64,000 nucleotides of DNA from Amphiscolops sp. MND2022 (Eukaryota), in the NCBI GenBank assembly GCA_964187785.1, contig OZ076409.1, positions 41,292,001-41,356,000 on the forward strand, written 5' to 3'. Both the position numbers and the translations under genes were made by a program. Numbering within the stretch: position 1 is the first letter of the stretch; every line of letters begins with the position of its first letter. This document shows positions 12,870-26,014 of the stretch, one piece after another. The notes beneath the pieces are model-generated. The model did no database searches and was not told the DNA's origin. It saw only the letters and a list, made by a program, of their open reading frames with translations.

Positions 12870-15247
12870 TAAGACACACAGTTGGACACAAAGGTGTGCC
12901 CATCGAGCGGGGTCCGCCTTGATCCTAAGACGTGGATTGTTGTGTCTGAGTACAACACCGAGATGTTCAATGTGTGCTTCAATTTTGACATTGCCCCCTT
13001 AACCACCGTAGCAAGTTTGGCACCAGTGTGGATTGCTAGGAAATCAGGATGGGGAAAGAGATGCCACTTAGAATTGGGAGAAAAGGAGAGTTTAGGAGAC
13101 GATGTCATTTTTGACTAACACCAGATAAACACAAGAACTTTATGAATTTTCGGAAACATCACAGAAAACTTGCAAGGACGCTTCATCATACAAATGGGTT
13201 AGCAGCACTTTTCCTGGTATCTTGTGAGAGTTGTGAGAGAGCCATGAAAGCGAGTCACAGCAAGATCGAGCTTCCAACTGAGAGATGATCTTGAGTACAG
13301 TAAAAGTTGCAACTATTATGCCAAAAGGATCAAAATGCTTTGAATCATCAAAGAGTGACGATCGTTTTGTAATATTTGAGATGTACCCACTGCTACATGC
13401 CTACAAAAAATGATTCTCCAGAGGATGTCACGTCAGTCCCAAGCTTCTGATTTGATGAATTTTGCTGTTGATTTCGGATGTCTTGCCAGATTTAGGGAGA
13501 TGAGTTACAAGCTGGCGTTTGTCGCTGCTCCACTTGTTTAGTGGAAAACACTTCTTGTCGAGGGTTTCGATGAATGGGTTTTGAAGCTTGCACGCTTCCT
13601 CCAGTGTATAAGCTCCACTCAGTAGATCATCAATTCAGATATCATTGAGTATCACATTTACAGTGTTTTTGGATTGGGCTCGTGCTTTTACCCACACTTT
13701 CGAAGCGCTCGGGTTAATTGACAGGAAGAGCTAGCATCACAGGAAGTCACGCGAGTCATACGCAATTTGGATTTCGTCTGCCACGTAATCGGGCCACAGA
13801 ACTCGATAGATATAACGACCTGATTTTTTCACATTTTTGCTACATCTGCCGAAAACACAAACTGATGAAAAGCAAAATTGAGGAGCAATCGATTGAGGAT
13901 GTCAAACACATTGTCTTGCAAGTGGGGTCCTCGCAGGAGGCAATCATTGAGGCAATTGCACTTCGGGGATTTGCTGCTGTCAAGGAACACGACACGCAAC
14001 TTTGTCATCGTACGTTCCTTGAATTTACAGTGATGGGGTAAGTGAAGTCTGAGGAGCTCGCTCCAAACGGTCCATGTCTGCAAAACCTTGAGGGATTCAC
14101 GGTATTGTTCACATAGTTTTGACGTCTGAGTTTTCTTTCTGGCCAAAAATCTCAGTCAGGCTTTTGAAAAATACTGGAGGTATGTGCCTCAAACTGGAAA
14201 ACCCTTCAACTGCATCAGAGGTAGTTGTGTCGTAGTGTTCCACGCACTGACGACTTTCTTTCAACACGAGCTTTACTTGATGAGACGCTTTTTCTTCCCA
14301 GAAACGGACAGAACCAGCCGAAGATCGGTTTCCGAAAGTGCAGCCGTCTACCCAATTCTTTCAGCCAGGAAAAATCTCTGTATACATTTGCACCCAAGAA
14401 CAAGTGAACGGGGCCCGGCTGATGGACGTGTACGTCCGCTAATGCTACTCGTTTTATTGACTTCAATTGTTTCAAGTTTATGGATTAAGAGGGAATTCCA
14501 GCGATAGAGTTCAGACCTAGAGCTGAAACTGGCATTTTTGAGGACCAACTAGGCGACTGACTGACTTCTTTACTGCTTCTTACCGTCCACCAATTCCAGT
14601 AATCTTCACATTATTGAGCATTCAATTTTGAACTTTGATGATGAATCCGCTATGATGAAGGTCGTTCGGGACCATTGCATTGCAAGGATGATAAAACTGG
14701 ATTGACATTGTTGTTATGAGCCTCTCTGGACTCTTGCTGTTGACGAAAGCCTTGGCGGACCACTGAATACAGCTCCTTCGCAACACCACTTTACTGCTAT
14801 TCTGGACTTTTAAAGTACAGGGATGTAAGAAGTCTCACGTTGCAAGAGGGGCAGCTGAATTTCGATGGTCTGTCAGTCACGATATTACAACAGTTCACTA
14901 CAGTTTTCACCACTTCTGTTGTAGCGCTCCACTGACTGCCGTTTCGTCATAGTTTGCATCAGTGACCAACAGAGACCGGAGAAACTATCTGAACTGCATT
15001 CCCCTTCAGTGACAACTTGAGGTATGATAACTTCTCAACTTGACCATGTCAACTTTGTTGTCAATCAAATTTGAAAACTGGTGCTTTCAAAACGTATATT
15101 CGACGCTGAATGATGAAATGGCTAGCTTGGGGAGCTTAGTTGTCAGACTGCCGGTTGATGAAACCGATGTGCAGCTGATGCTTGGAAGCTGCATTTCCTT
15201 GACTTTGCGCTGACACTACTTCGCTGCTTTTTCTGCTGCCAGGAACA
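12870..15247 (-). mobile_element. Degenerate BEL/Pao element, gag (DUF1759-like) to integrase; 3' segment of the nested element
   Basis: Motifs KLPKLAISSFS, LRLHLPHHCKFKERTMTKLRVVFLDSSKS..LNDCLLRGPHLQD..FVFSADVAKM (13829-14146), and the integrase-like SKWHLFPHP (12869-13108). Confidence 0.85.
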
Positions 15248-15260
15248 CTTTAACAGCGTC

Positions 15261-17798
15261 TTCTTCTACTTCTTCTATAGCTTTCACCCTCTTCCTGAGG
15301 GTCCGCTATCCTCTGTTCCAGTTCGGCAGGTGCGAAGGTGTCGGGCCAAGTTGGTCTCTGCAACTGGACGTTCACATTGTGGGCATGGAATGTATCTGGT
15401 CGTGTATACTCTAGGTTGATTGTCTGCGAGGAGTGCGGTGCAGCATTTCTTCCTGTCTCTGGCGAGATTCGAAGGATGTTATTAGTATCCCACATAATGC
15501 AAACTAGACCGAGCCTACATTTCGTTATTCCCCTTGACACCATTTTAGGTGGTTTTTCAGAAATTCTCTGTTTTGAATTGTTCTTGGCATTTTTTGCATT
15601 AGAATGACGATCTTGCTTGGTCATGCATTGGTTTTACGTGGATACACGGTCCTCCTGCTGCTTCGCTCACTTTCACACACTGGTTGCATATCAGTTCTTC
15701 TGCAGGGTCACCGTACTGTTGTTAGATCCCAGATGTTGCGAATGTCTTGCATATTGAAATGTGTGCCTTCAATGGTCTTCAGCGGCGCTTCTTTTCTGTT
15801 GCTCTATACATATCGGTAAGCCCTGTCGATCCAGCTTTGGATTTATTTGGTTACTTTTTTTGCCAAGACCTCATTGTTACATGAAAGAGGATGCCAACTT
15901 CTACACATGCTTGGATTATGAGTGCTTGTTCTTTTTTGGAGAGTCTGTTTTTTCTGAGAGAGGGAATCTCTCAGGCCCATTACTTCAGTGCTCTGCGAGA
16001 TACGATTGCATGTGTCCGCCTTGGGGTCTACCCAACATCATAGCATCCTAATTCCAGCCGATTGCTCCTCGCCAAAAAAGAGTCGCTCTTCTTTCAGCAC
16101 GTTGTTCCTCGTGAATGCCTTGCAGCCTACCTCCTTTTCTCCCTTTTCTCCTGCTGGCCCGATGATGATGGTTTCGTTGCCAAGAAGGACCTTGGCCTTG
16201 CCAGTAAAGTCTCCATTCATTCGGAGTTGAACTCCCCGAATTGAGTTGGGCCCGGAATTTCGGTCTGTTCAATATTCTTCCAGGAGATCCCTACCGGTTT
16301 GGTAGTTTGCGCTTGTCGATTGCTTTCGGCCACTCTGAAGACCAGCTGCTGGTAAACGTTGGACAGTATTGGGCTTGCTGAAAAACCCAGCTGAGGTCAC
16401 GCTGCAGCAGCCACCTCTCGCTATCTCCTTCCTTGTTTTTGTGGTTTACGTCGTCGCTTCGTGGAGATCCTTGATGGGGTCTAGAAAGTTGCCTCTAAGG
16501 CCGTGTCTTTCTAGAAGTTGCTATTGGGAGGGTTTTGAGACCATACAGTACGTCTTCTGTAAGTCGAGCAACCGCCTTCGATGTTCCTTTCCATTTCCCG
16601 CCCTGCCGGTCCCTTCACGTCTGGTTCTGATGTTTTGCATGCCGTCTTGAATCCGGATAATTACATGTGTTGAGTCTGCTGTGGATCGTCTAAGGCAGAA
16701 TCCGCTTTATTTGTTGTCCAGGATGTCATTTTTCTCCGTCCACTCCCGGAGACGCTTTGCGAGATCTCTGGCAAGGATACGGCTTATCATGGCCAGGAGA
16801 CATACTCCTCTATAGTTCGCCGGTTTGTCTCTGTCTCCTTTCGTGAAAAGCAGGAGAATCTATCCAGTTCTTAAAATGTCATCCCATTTGTCCGCTCTGG
16901 CCTTGAACATCGGTTGGACGAGATCGATGGATGACATTCCATCGAATTTCCATGCACGCCTCTTTGATGAATCATATGAAAACTTTGTCGCTCCCCTGGG
17001 CTGAGTCATTGATCTCTTCAATTGCCCGAGTAATCTCCTGTATCGGAATTTCATTTAATTCTCGTTCGCTAGTACAACTTCGGGCTCTCCTATGCGGTCC
17101 GTCGTTAGCACCACTGCCATCTGGAGGTCTTGCGGGGGCTCTCGTAACGTTTCTCCGAATTTTCGCAGAAAGGGTTACTAAACTGCTCGGTTGTGATTTT
17201 GTGGCTGCTTGGGGCTTGCTTTGTCTTAATCCCAGTTTCCGCAGGAGAACATGCAGGGTGCCGAAGTCTTTTTCTGGCTGCCTCCTCACATCCTGCAATT
17301 CGTTCGTCTCATCATCCTCTTTTTAGCTCTGTCGTACGTTTTTGCGTTAGTTTCCGCTCCTTTTTTTCAATTTTTGCTGGAAGATTCAGTAAGTTGGTCG
17401 CGGCTATTCTGGCATCCCTCCGTTTGTTGATGTTTTTGCGGATCTCAGCTAGTTCGTCCTCGTGTCCGTATATCCACGGTTTGTTTACTTTCTTCGTGTG
17501 GACCCCGCATACTTAGTTGGCTACTCTCAACAGGATGTCCGAGATCTCCGTCTACCCTCGGTTCTTCTCGATTTCTTGGTTCTCTAACATTATAGGTGTT
17601 TGTCGGAGGAACTCGGCTATCTTATCGCTAGAGAGGGGAGCTTCCCACCTAATCTTTGGTTTGGGATTGGCAGAGGATCCCCTGGTTCTCATCTTTGTGT
17701 TTATTCTTGTTTTCACTGGTTGTGTTCGGAGAAAGATACTTTGTTCATCACCTGCATGGCTACCCCGTGCCTGTGCCTTTACCTTTAGTGCATTGTGA
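15261..17798 (-). mobile_element. RTE-like LINE, 3' segment (end of endonuclease, RT, C-terminal region, (AAG)n tail)
   Basis: Motifs FTKGDRDKPANYRGVCLLAMISRIL, LLDLQKTY, the degenerate LLGNETIIIG (=LFADDT..IG), and SEH.PV at the endonuclease end. Tail ttcttctacttcttct at 15261-15276. Confidence 0.8.
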
Positions 17799-18613
17799 CA
17801 TTACGATACACATGCCGGTACGAACTAGCAGGATCCTGCTAGTTCGATTTTTGTCCAATCAGAGCGCGAATATTTTTTTTGGAAGTTTTACACTTTTCTC
17901 ACATTACGCGCATTGATAGGCCGTTACACTCGTTGATTTTGCTACGTACGTTGACTAGTTTACACCATTGGATAGTACAGTAATTGACTAGCTTACACCA
18001 TATGACTAGTTTAAGCAATTTGACTAACTACACTGTGCATCTCATATTTACACATAGTTCTGGCAATTACGGGTTTTTACTGGTGAGCTACACACGCCGA
18101 CTCGTAACTACACTGCTTGATTCGCCTACACAGTATCAAATCGCATAAACAGTAAATCTGACTACAGGAAGTGCTCACGACAGGGACCAAAATTACCAAG
18201 TTCAATGAAGCAACCGCCCCTTCATTATGAGACCTACTTTCATTTGTTTGGGAAGTCTTGGATGGGGGGGGGTGTTGTTGGATAAGAAACAGTATTTATC
18301 TGAGGGAGGATAAGGCACATGGTCCAAACTTCGTTTTTAGTTCAATAATTCAAGATCGGTGTTCCATAAACTACTGTTTTCGGTTTGATAAAGTTTCAAC
18401 TTCGTATAGACTATTTGTTACAACTTTTCTTGATGTTGCTCACGACAGGGATCAAAACCACATATGTACGTTATCAATTTTTTATTTTGAATAATATCAA
18501 TAAATATCAATTAATTTTTTATTGAATAAAAGAATAATATCATGAATTGACAATATATTGTTCAGAAATAATAAATTCGATTGTGAGGATTACTCTTTCT
18601 TGAAGATGTTGTA

Positions 18614-19110
18614 AAAACAAACCGGGTCCGGCCCAAGTCGGCGCCATATCCAAGGCTCAAAAATAGCAAAAGGACTTCCCAGTGTCAAGTATTCTCTTCT
18701 ACAGTACCCGCATGAAAAAAGGAAAAAAATCGGAAAATTTTCGATTTTTTTTGAAGAACCAAAAAAATGGACTGAGTGGCGCGCCGGGCTGATTTGGGAT
18801 TTTCCAACATCCATTCTGTCGCAAAACAGCAGAAAAATTGAAGGGGGACCCTTTGGGGGAAAAATTTCCGAAAAAAGTCTCGCAGTGCCGAAAAAAATTG
18901 AAGGGGTACCCTTTGGTCTCGCCCGGTACGGTATGTTACGCGGGAAAACAGGAAAAATCTTTTTGGTTCAGTTCGCTAGGCCAAATGGTGCAATTTGGTG
19001 CAATAATATTTTGTAGAACTTTTAAGAACTACTTTGGTCAGTTCGTGGTGATAGAAAAAAAGAGCCACTATAATAGTCGCGTTTCACTTCATGAAGCACC
19101 GACTAAAAAA
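18614..19110 (-). mobile_element. HINE-like element, copy C
   Basis: aacaaaccgggtccggcccaagtcggcgcc at 18616-45 and gcaccgactaaaaaa at 19096-19110, with internal aagggg.accc repeats. Confidence 0.6.
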
Positions 19111-19477
19111 TTGCAGCTGTTGAAAACTTAAAATTCGCTAAGCCAATGTTTTCTTCCAGAAAGCGCCTCTTGAGCGTAAACCAGCCAGTCATAAGCGCAG
19201 CAACCAATAAGCGTTTTTTGTGGAACCTAATTCACTGCTGACAATCAATTGTCGATTTAACAGGTTCCTCGGTTGTGGGCAAAGTTATTTTGCCTCTAGT
19301 TTCTTCATCTTGACTTTTAATTTCCTGTCCAATTTTGGACGTTTTAAACATCCCGAGCTATGAGATCATTTGCTGATATACTTATCGTGCTGGTTTCGGA
19401 TACTGGATAGCCAACTCTGCATGAAAACCGGATTAAACTTGCTATCAGGTACACCGCTAGTGTGAGCAATGCTCCAG

Positions 19478-19740
19478 TTTTTTAGTCGGCGCTTTTTGAA
19501 ATAAAACGCAACTATTTTAGCGGTTTTCTGTCGCTTTTTTTCCAATCCAATCGAAATGACCCAAAAAGTTCTACAATAGGCTTAAGATAAGGAAGTTCTC
19601 TCTTATGGTTTTTCATTTCGTCAAGGTGCTTGAAGTTTTCATCTCAAAATAACTCAACTTTTTCAAAATTTTTTGAGCTTGAAGGAGCCCCCTCTGGATA
19701 ATTTTCGCACTGCGGGTGTTTCTGGGATTTTCCACGGTAC
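19478..19740 (+). mobile_element. HINE-like 5' fragment
   Basis: tttttagtcggcgctttt start identical in type to copy A. Confidence 0.45.
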
Positions 19741-19833
19741 CACGATAGAGTCTATTAAAAACTAGAGATAGAGTCTATTGAGCCTCGAGCCTTCCGAGTT
19801 GAGGAATTCCTGTTGAGGTATTCGAATATTTAG

Positions 19834-20166
19834 TCAAAGTTTCGTGTAATGACAAACTGAATATCTAGTGAAATCCGACGGAATATCGTTCAGTCCTGTT
19901 TCCGAGACCTCTGCCACATTTCCATCTCCGTCGGGATTTGGATACTTCCATAGGAGTTTACTAGCATCCACGACTTTTCCGTCGTTGTTCGTCCAGTTAC
20001 CATTATCATCAATTCGTATTCCGACATGAAATCTCCTGCGCGGGTCTTCTGATAACGCAGTTGTATTTAGGAGTTTTGTAAATTCTTGCATACATTTTTT
20101 CATAAGTTCCCAATTTTCAGCTATTCTTTTTCAAAAGATTTTGAACCTGTGTGGGATCAAATGCAT
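19834..20166 (-). pseudogene. C-type lectin domain exon/fragment
   Basis: FHVGIRIDDNGNWTNNDGKVVDASKLLWKYPNPDGDGNVAEVSETGLNDIPSDFTRYSVCHY fits the CTL pattern (WIG-like, W..dG, W...P, lND, C). Candidate acceptor cacacag. In-frame stops lie upstream. Confidence 0.65.
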
Positions 20167-20899
20167 CTTTCTGCTCCCAAACGTCTGGACTAGAACAAGT
20201 GAACAACCACTAGAACAAGAAAATGGCCGCCGCTCAACTCACTGTTTTCGTCTCATTGAGTTCTTTTAAAATAAAGGTTTATCGGGCATTTATTTAATCA
20301 AAAACGCAAATTAAAAAGACCCTCGCTGACTTGTTAAGCCCAGATTTAGAGATAAGAAAGTCTATCTGTGACTGTGATCCATCGAAGTCGTCGAAAAGTG
20401 TTGCGCCCAGTTTTTCGCAATTAGCTTTAGCTGCATTCCAGCTCTTTGCTTTTTTGATGCCTCTTCACGCAGGTTTGCAATAGCATTAGGTGCTTGTTTA
20501 GAATATGCCTTTAAAAATCGCATTGTAATGCAAGCATTCCTAGGATTAGATTCGTTTGTGTTTATGTACAATGATGTGATGGGTTAGAACTTGGCGTCTC
20601 ATTAAGCATGTTTTCATCACTGACCTCCTAAAAGTTTTTATCTCTGAAATGCCCATCTTTGGGCGTTTTTTCAGTGTATTGGTACTAGTGGTTCGTATCT
20701 TGTTTCGAATTATCAAGCGCATGTCCATCATTAATATCTCCACAACTACACGTACCATAGAAACGAACTATAGCGCATTTGAAAGGTCTGGTACTGGGCT
20801 TTCATTTTGGTCAGGTGAGCCCCTGTCGTCGCGCGCCCTCTCTTTCAGAATTTCAGTTTCTTTTTCGGTACTGCCGCCACGCGGCCATTCAGCAGTTCG

Positions 20900-22600
20900 G
20901 GGCTTGCAGTAATAACAAACAGGACATTATTGAGGTTTGTTGCACACGGACGTGTTGTGGAAGCGTATGTGGTATAATGCTTAGGCCTTTCAAATCAATC
21001 TAAGTACCAATTAATTGTTGAAAAAAAAACTGTGCTAGAGAATATGGGCTACTGGCAGAAGGAATCCGAAAGTGAAAAATAGGTAGGCTGCTTCAAAGTA
21101 CCACTAGGGTCATTAGGGTTAATGACTCTCAACTTGTTTCTTGAAACCTTTCTTATTATAGGTTTTTATGAAATGCTGAAAAAGATATAAACTGCAATGG
21201 TGAACAAAAGGAGTAGCATATTCAACGATAGCCCAAGACGACACCTTTCAGTGCCAATTTCATTGCGGTCCTTAGTCATGAAAATTGAATGTTTTGAAAG
21301 ACATTTGATGTTACTTTTATTCATTTTAGAGGCAAAAATAGAAAAGGTGTAATTACCCCTGTGACGGTTTGCTCTTCTGGTATTCTGATTGCTTGGATTT
21401 GTCTGTTCAAGTGAGCTTCGAAAGTGATATTTTTAACATGGAAGGGTCCAGTGATATACACTGGGAAACCACAAATATTTTTATAGCTCCTTTTTTCTTA
21501 GCTCCTTCGTACCTTGATCCCTTCGACTAGAGGTATTCAATTCTTACAAGGAGCTACGTGGAGTTATTTATTAACAGTTGAAGATATCAAGTAAGCTATT
21601 GTCTAGTATAAGTAGTAGGAAGCGTTTGCTATCGTGACTTGTCATTCAGTTCATTTGTGTAACTTGCAATTTATCATTAGGTTATAATTCTTGGCCTAAA
21701 AAACTAGGCTTTGCACTACAATAGGGTAGAAAGTTTTTTTTTAATTTTTGGAAAATTTACTTGGAATGTTTCATGAATTGACAGTTGTAGAATATTAGCG
21801 AGCGGCGAAAGACCCATGGGTCTGCTGCCATGTGTCACTTGTCTAATCAAATTCAAGTTAGAAACTTTTCCCTTCCAACGGTATGATCCCTCTTGTACTT
21901 TTGATACTTTTTAAACGCTTCTCAAGCACTCTTGGCTCTGAAATTTGCAACCATGCCTTATCCATTCAACTACCATCACGTCTCCAGAACCACTGCATGT
22001 TTTCCCACCGTGGAACCCCTCAAAACATTTCGGGGGCAAATGTCGTTGCCAGTAATTTAGCCTCTGAAGCTCCTCGAAAGGTTCCTCATTTATCCATTGA
22101 CCGTCAACCCTCTTCCCGTTTATGCGACATAAGTTGAGAAATTCACCGTCGTCTTGTATACTTTTGGAAGTTCCTTGTTGATTTAGCATACATTTCGTTC
22201 GATATTATCTCGATAGACTCTACCAGTCCATCTCGCCTAGTTGGGCCTCTAGAATTTTCTGATCTCATTTTCTTGAGATGAATTGCTTCTATTTATCAGC
22301 CACTCTGAGTCCCATAGCCTGGGCCATTTATAACAACCTCTTACTCTCTCTCTCTCTCTAGAGTTTGAAATTCCTTCTCCCAACAATATATCCATGTTAC
22401 CGTAATCAGACATGTTATCCATTTCTCTAGACTTCTTTCTCTAGACCTCTAATTGAAGCCATAGAAAAGGTTAAAATGACCTGACCGACTAACAGCCCCG
22501 TTAGGCTTTTCAATGGACAAGGACAGGGGTTGGTATTGAATGTAAAATATCAGTTAAGGTATATAGTTAGGTCACTAGCTAGCACAGTCACTCCAAAGGG
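20900..22600 (-). mobile_element. Possible degenerate L1/Tx1-like LINE (ORF1-like remnant)
   Basis: ORF 21911-22189 (GKRVDGQWINEEPFE..GDVMVVEW) resembles Tx1-type ORF1. The rest is decayed. Confidence 0.35.
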
Positions 22601-22740
22601 GCATCATTTTAATGTATAATTCCAAGTACATGTTATTTTTCATCAACAAATTATAGTAGACTAAATACCAACACCGACTAATTGAATATTTGGACTAGAC
22701 CATTCCAGCTTTTTATCTATGTAGCATCGCAACAATGAAT

Positions 22741-23250
22741 AAACAAGACGGGAACGTCCAAAGTCGGCGCCATATATAAGGCTCATAAAGCGCAAGACTT
22801 CTTTTGAAAGCAAAACTTGAAAATTTTGATTTTTTTCTTTCAGAAAATGTCGCATAGTGCCAAAAAATGTAAAAGGGGGGACCCTTTGGGGTTTATTAAC
22901 ATATATTCTGTTGGAAAATATAAAAAAACTCGAAAGGGGGACTGTTTTGAGACATTGAAAAATTTTCGAAAAAAGTCGCACAATGCCGAAAAAAAACCAA
23001 AGAGGGGACCCTTGAGGCACGTCCGGTTTTGTAGGTTACGTTAAAAAAGTAAAAAATAAAAGGGGGGACCCTTTTGCACTAATTTCTGCTGACCGGACTT
23101 GGCCTTATGGTAGTAGTTTTAGTAGTTTCGATTGTAAGAAAAGTGGACCAATCAGAGTTAGATTGTAGTCTGACGAAAAAAAAAGGAATTAAAAAAAACT
23201 AGCCACTGTAATAGTCGGGCACTTTTCACTGGGAAAGCGCCGACTAAATA
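22741..23250 (-). mobile_element. HINE-like element, copy E
   Basis: aacaagacgggaacgtccaaagtcggcgcc at 22742-71, gcgccgactaaa at 23237-48, and internal repeats. Confidence 0.6.
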
Positions 23251-23457
23251 ATGAATAAAGATCAAGCCGTCATTGACTACAATGCCACTGACAGCTACGC
23301 TAGCTATCCTGAACAGGCAGATATTTGACGGCGCCTGTCTGCCTGTGAGTATAGTTGTCTTATCAAATAATGATTGATGCATTTATACAAAAAATTTTAC
23401 AGGTTTGAAAAAGCAAAATATACAACTGTTTTGAAAACTTTAGTTTGTAGTAAAGGA

Positions 23458-23780
23458 ATGGTTCTGGGTAAGGCAGTGTGTCTTGCTTTGTCTATCGTGT
23501 TGGGGTCGCCATCACATGCGGCAGCCTGCGACAGATACAGCGCCAACGGTTGGAATAAAGCGAATTTTCGATCGAAACAAAAACAGCGAATTCGAGAAGT
23601 GTGTTATCATGATTCAAATTGAAAGAATCCGATTTTTGGCACTTGTTAGATGCGAACACTCGCTCTGTAGGACAATTTGGTTGCAGTTGTTCACGTTGAA
23701 AAGAATGGTTGTGTGACACCCTCGGAGCAAGAGCCGAACTTTGGGTACAGGTCTTTCAGACTTGGCAATAGATTATCGCT
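23458..23780 (+). pseudogene. Secreted C-type-lectin-like N-terminal fragment (signal peptide plus C..GW..CY)
   Basis: MVLGKAVCLALSIVLGSPSHAAA-CDRYSANGW...EVCYH, then frameshifted F.ALVRCE. Preceded by acceptor ttttacag at ~23402. Disrupted by a stop and a frameshift. Confidence 0.5.
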
Positions 23781-23789
23781 ATACTTGCA

Positions 23790-24240
23790 ATAAGTGGAAG
23801 TTAGTCAAAGTTTTGACTAACTTACACCATGTTTATATGCATTCAAAACTCAGTGTTCATTTTAATTCCAATTCATACCACAGCATCGTAAACCAGTCAA
23901 AGTAAACAATGATTCAATAAATAATTAGTTATTACTGAGCTCTACCGTGCATAGTACGTATAAACTGCATTCAATGCAAGTTGCACACGTGAACACGTGT
24001 GTTTCATCCACGCATTTACGTGCAAATAAAATACCTTGTAGCTTCTAATTAGTACAATTGATTGATCTGTCAACAGGTTTCCTATTTTAACAAAACATAA
24101 TTTCAAAGCAGCCCTCATTAATAGTTGCCTAACATTTATTTTGGTCCCTGTCGTGAGCACAGTCACCGGAATGATTGGATAACTTGTTATTTTGTGTTCA
24201 TTATTTATCAAGTGTAGACGCACTACACGCGACCCTGGCT
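23790..24240 (+). repeat. Inverted copy of the element's right-hand region (homologous to 29340-29760 and 48100-48520)
   Basis: Near-identical reverse complement including gcacacgtgaacacgtgtg, ctgtcaacaggtttcc and ggtccctgtcgtgagcacagtcaccgg. Confidence 0.8.
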
Positions 24241-24249
24241 CTACAGTAA

Positions 24250-25160
24250 AACAACAAGACGGGAACGTCTCGAATCGGTGCCCCGCTGAAAGCGCAGCAA
24301 TGTATTTTTAAAATGCTCGGAGTCTGTGAAGTAGTCTCATTTCTGTAGCTGCTGTAATGAAAATAAGCCATTTTGTTGGTATTTTTAGCTGAACAGAAAC
24401 TACCTTTTAGCGTTTTAAAAATATATAAAGCGTTTTAAAAATCGAAATTTATGTTGATACAGCAAATATTGATATGTTGTCAATGGTTCTCGAGCAAAAA
24501 TTGTTGATCAGTCTTTCTAACGAAAACGCATCAAACATGTTCTGCATTATCACTAATGAAACCTTTTCAACAAACGCTCACCCAAAAACTGAAGTCACCC
24601 AACTTTACTGTATTTCAACAGTAATGAAGATTCTATTGCATGCAACATCTCTAGATTTTTAAATCTTTATAGAGATGATATAATCCGGGACAGCTGAAAA
24701 CGTAAACTATTCTCTAATAAGATTGCACCATTACATAAAACATCTCAACAAACATTAAAAATTAAGAACCCGAGCTCTCCAATCAAGACACAAAACCAGC
24801 TAAATTGAGAAGCTTTCAAACGAAGTAAACTTCCTAAGCAAAATGCGAGTTGCAAATGGAATTCTAAAACTTTTATAAGACTGATGTAAAACTGAGAAAA
24901 CTTGGGAATACTGTTCTAAAAACAATCCAGGAACGGGCCAAGTTGGCACCCCGCTGAAGGCTCAGAAAAAGCGATACCATTTGAATGAGCTCGAGTTCAA
25001 TCATTGAAAAAAAATGTTTGTCAATCTCACAGTGACAAAAGCACCTTATGGGCACCCATGAGATTCGAAAAACACTTTTCATTAAATAAAGACATTTTGA
25101 AGTTGTCAAAAGTCGCAGTGCCAAAAAAACGAAAAAACCTTTGACCTAGTCTAATTTTCC
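24250..25160 (-). mobile_element. Two HINE-like 3' ends/fragments
   Basis: aacaagacgggaacgtctcgaatcggtgcccc (24253) and aacaatccaggaacgggccaagttggcacccc (24921), plus an agtcgcagtgccaaaaaa repeat at 25111. Confidence 0.45.
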
Positions 25161-25177
25161 AAACAACAAAAATCTTT

Positions 25178-25255
25178 TAGTTCCGCTCGAGATTCAAAAC
25201 CCACAACCAGATTCTAGGTTGCGAAGCAGGCAGCCTAACCACGAGGCTTGGCCGT
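25178..25255 (-). mobile_element. tRNA-derived SINE head
   Basis: The reverse complement has an A-box-like tggttagg and a B-box-like ggttttgaatctc. It does not form a complete cloverleaf. Confidence 0.5.
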
Positions 25256-26014
25256 AAAGAAAGCCTCACAATCAAGGAATTTTTATGGAATTATAAAATT
25301 TATAGAAAGTGGTCGCTACAGTTACAGCTAAAGAACAAACTTGCAACTATTTTGTGTAAGAATCTTGCATTTTCCAAAAAGCGCCTATTGAAAACGTTTA
25401 GTACCGCATACTTCAGTCTTTTCCTTCATTTCCAATATTTTTCTAGCGCAAAGTAGTTCGAGCAATTAAAGCAACGAGTGTCAGAGCAAACGCTGATTCC
25501 TTTATCCAGGCTCCTAATTTCAGCGTTAAACTGCAAGCTGAGTGACAATTTTTGCTAATTTCTAGTTTTGCATTTCGACTTAATAAAGGGTTAATTTTTG
25601 CTCCACAGATACTCCAAGCTTTTTCAACACACTCTGCAAGTAGTTAAGTAGTTCCAAAAGAAAACTCAAAATTGTCTGACCAGCAAGCTATTTCATTAGA
25701 TTCCAGGACTAAACTAGTACAATTACAAATATTGAAAGTTCAATCCCTTACAAAATTTAGAAGTTCCAGGAGTTGAAAACTGAATGTATCTCTATCAGGT
25801 CAAAATCTCTTTTATGAGTGAAAATAGGAGTATTCTCTTAACCGCATTACTCAGAACCAGGGTTGTAACAAAAAACAGCTGCGCTTTTAAGCTTGACTCC
25901 AAATTAGTTCAAAATTAGTTTTGAACTGGAAGGAAAGTAGAATTCATTTCTCAAAGGAAAATTTCTGTCCAAATTTTGCTACTTCGTTTTTAGTATGTTA
26001 TCGATTGTGTAAAT

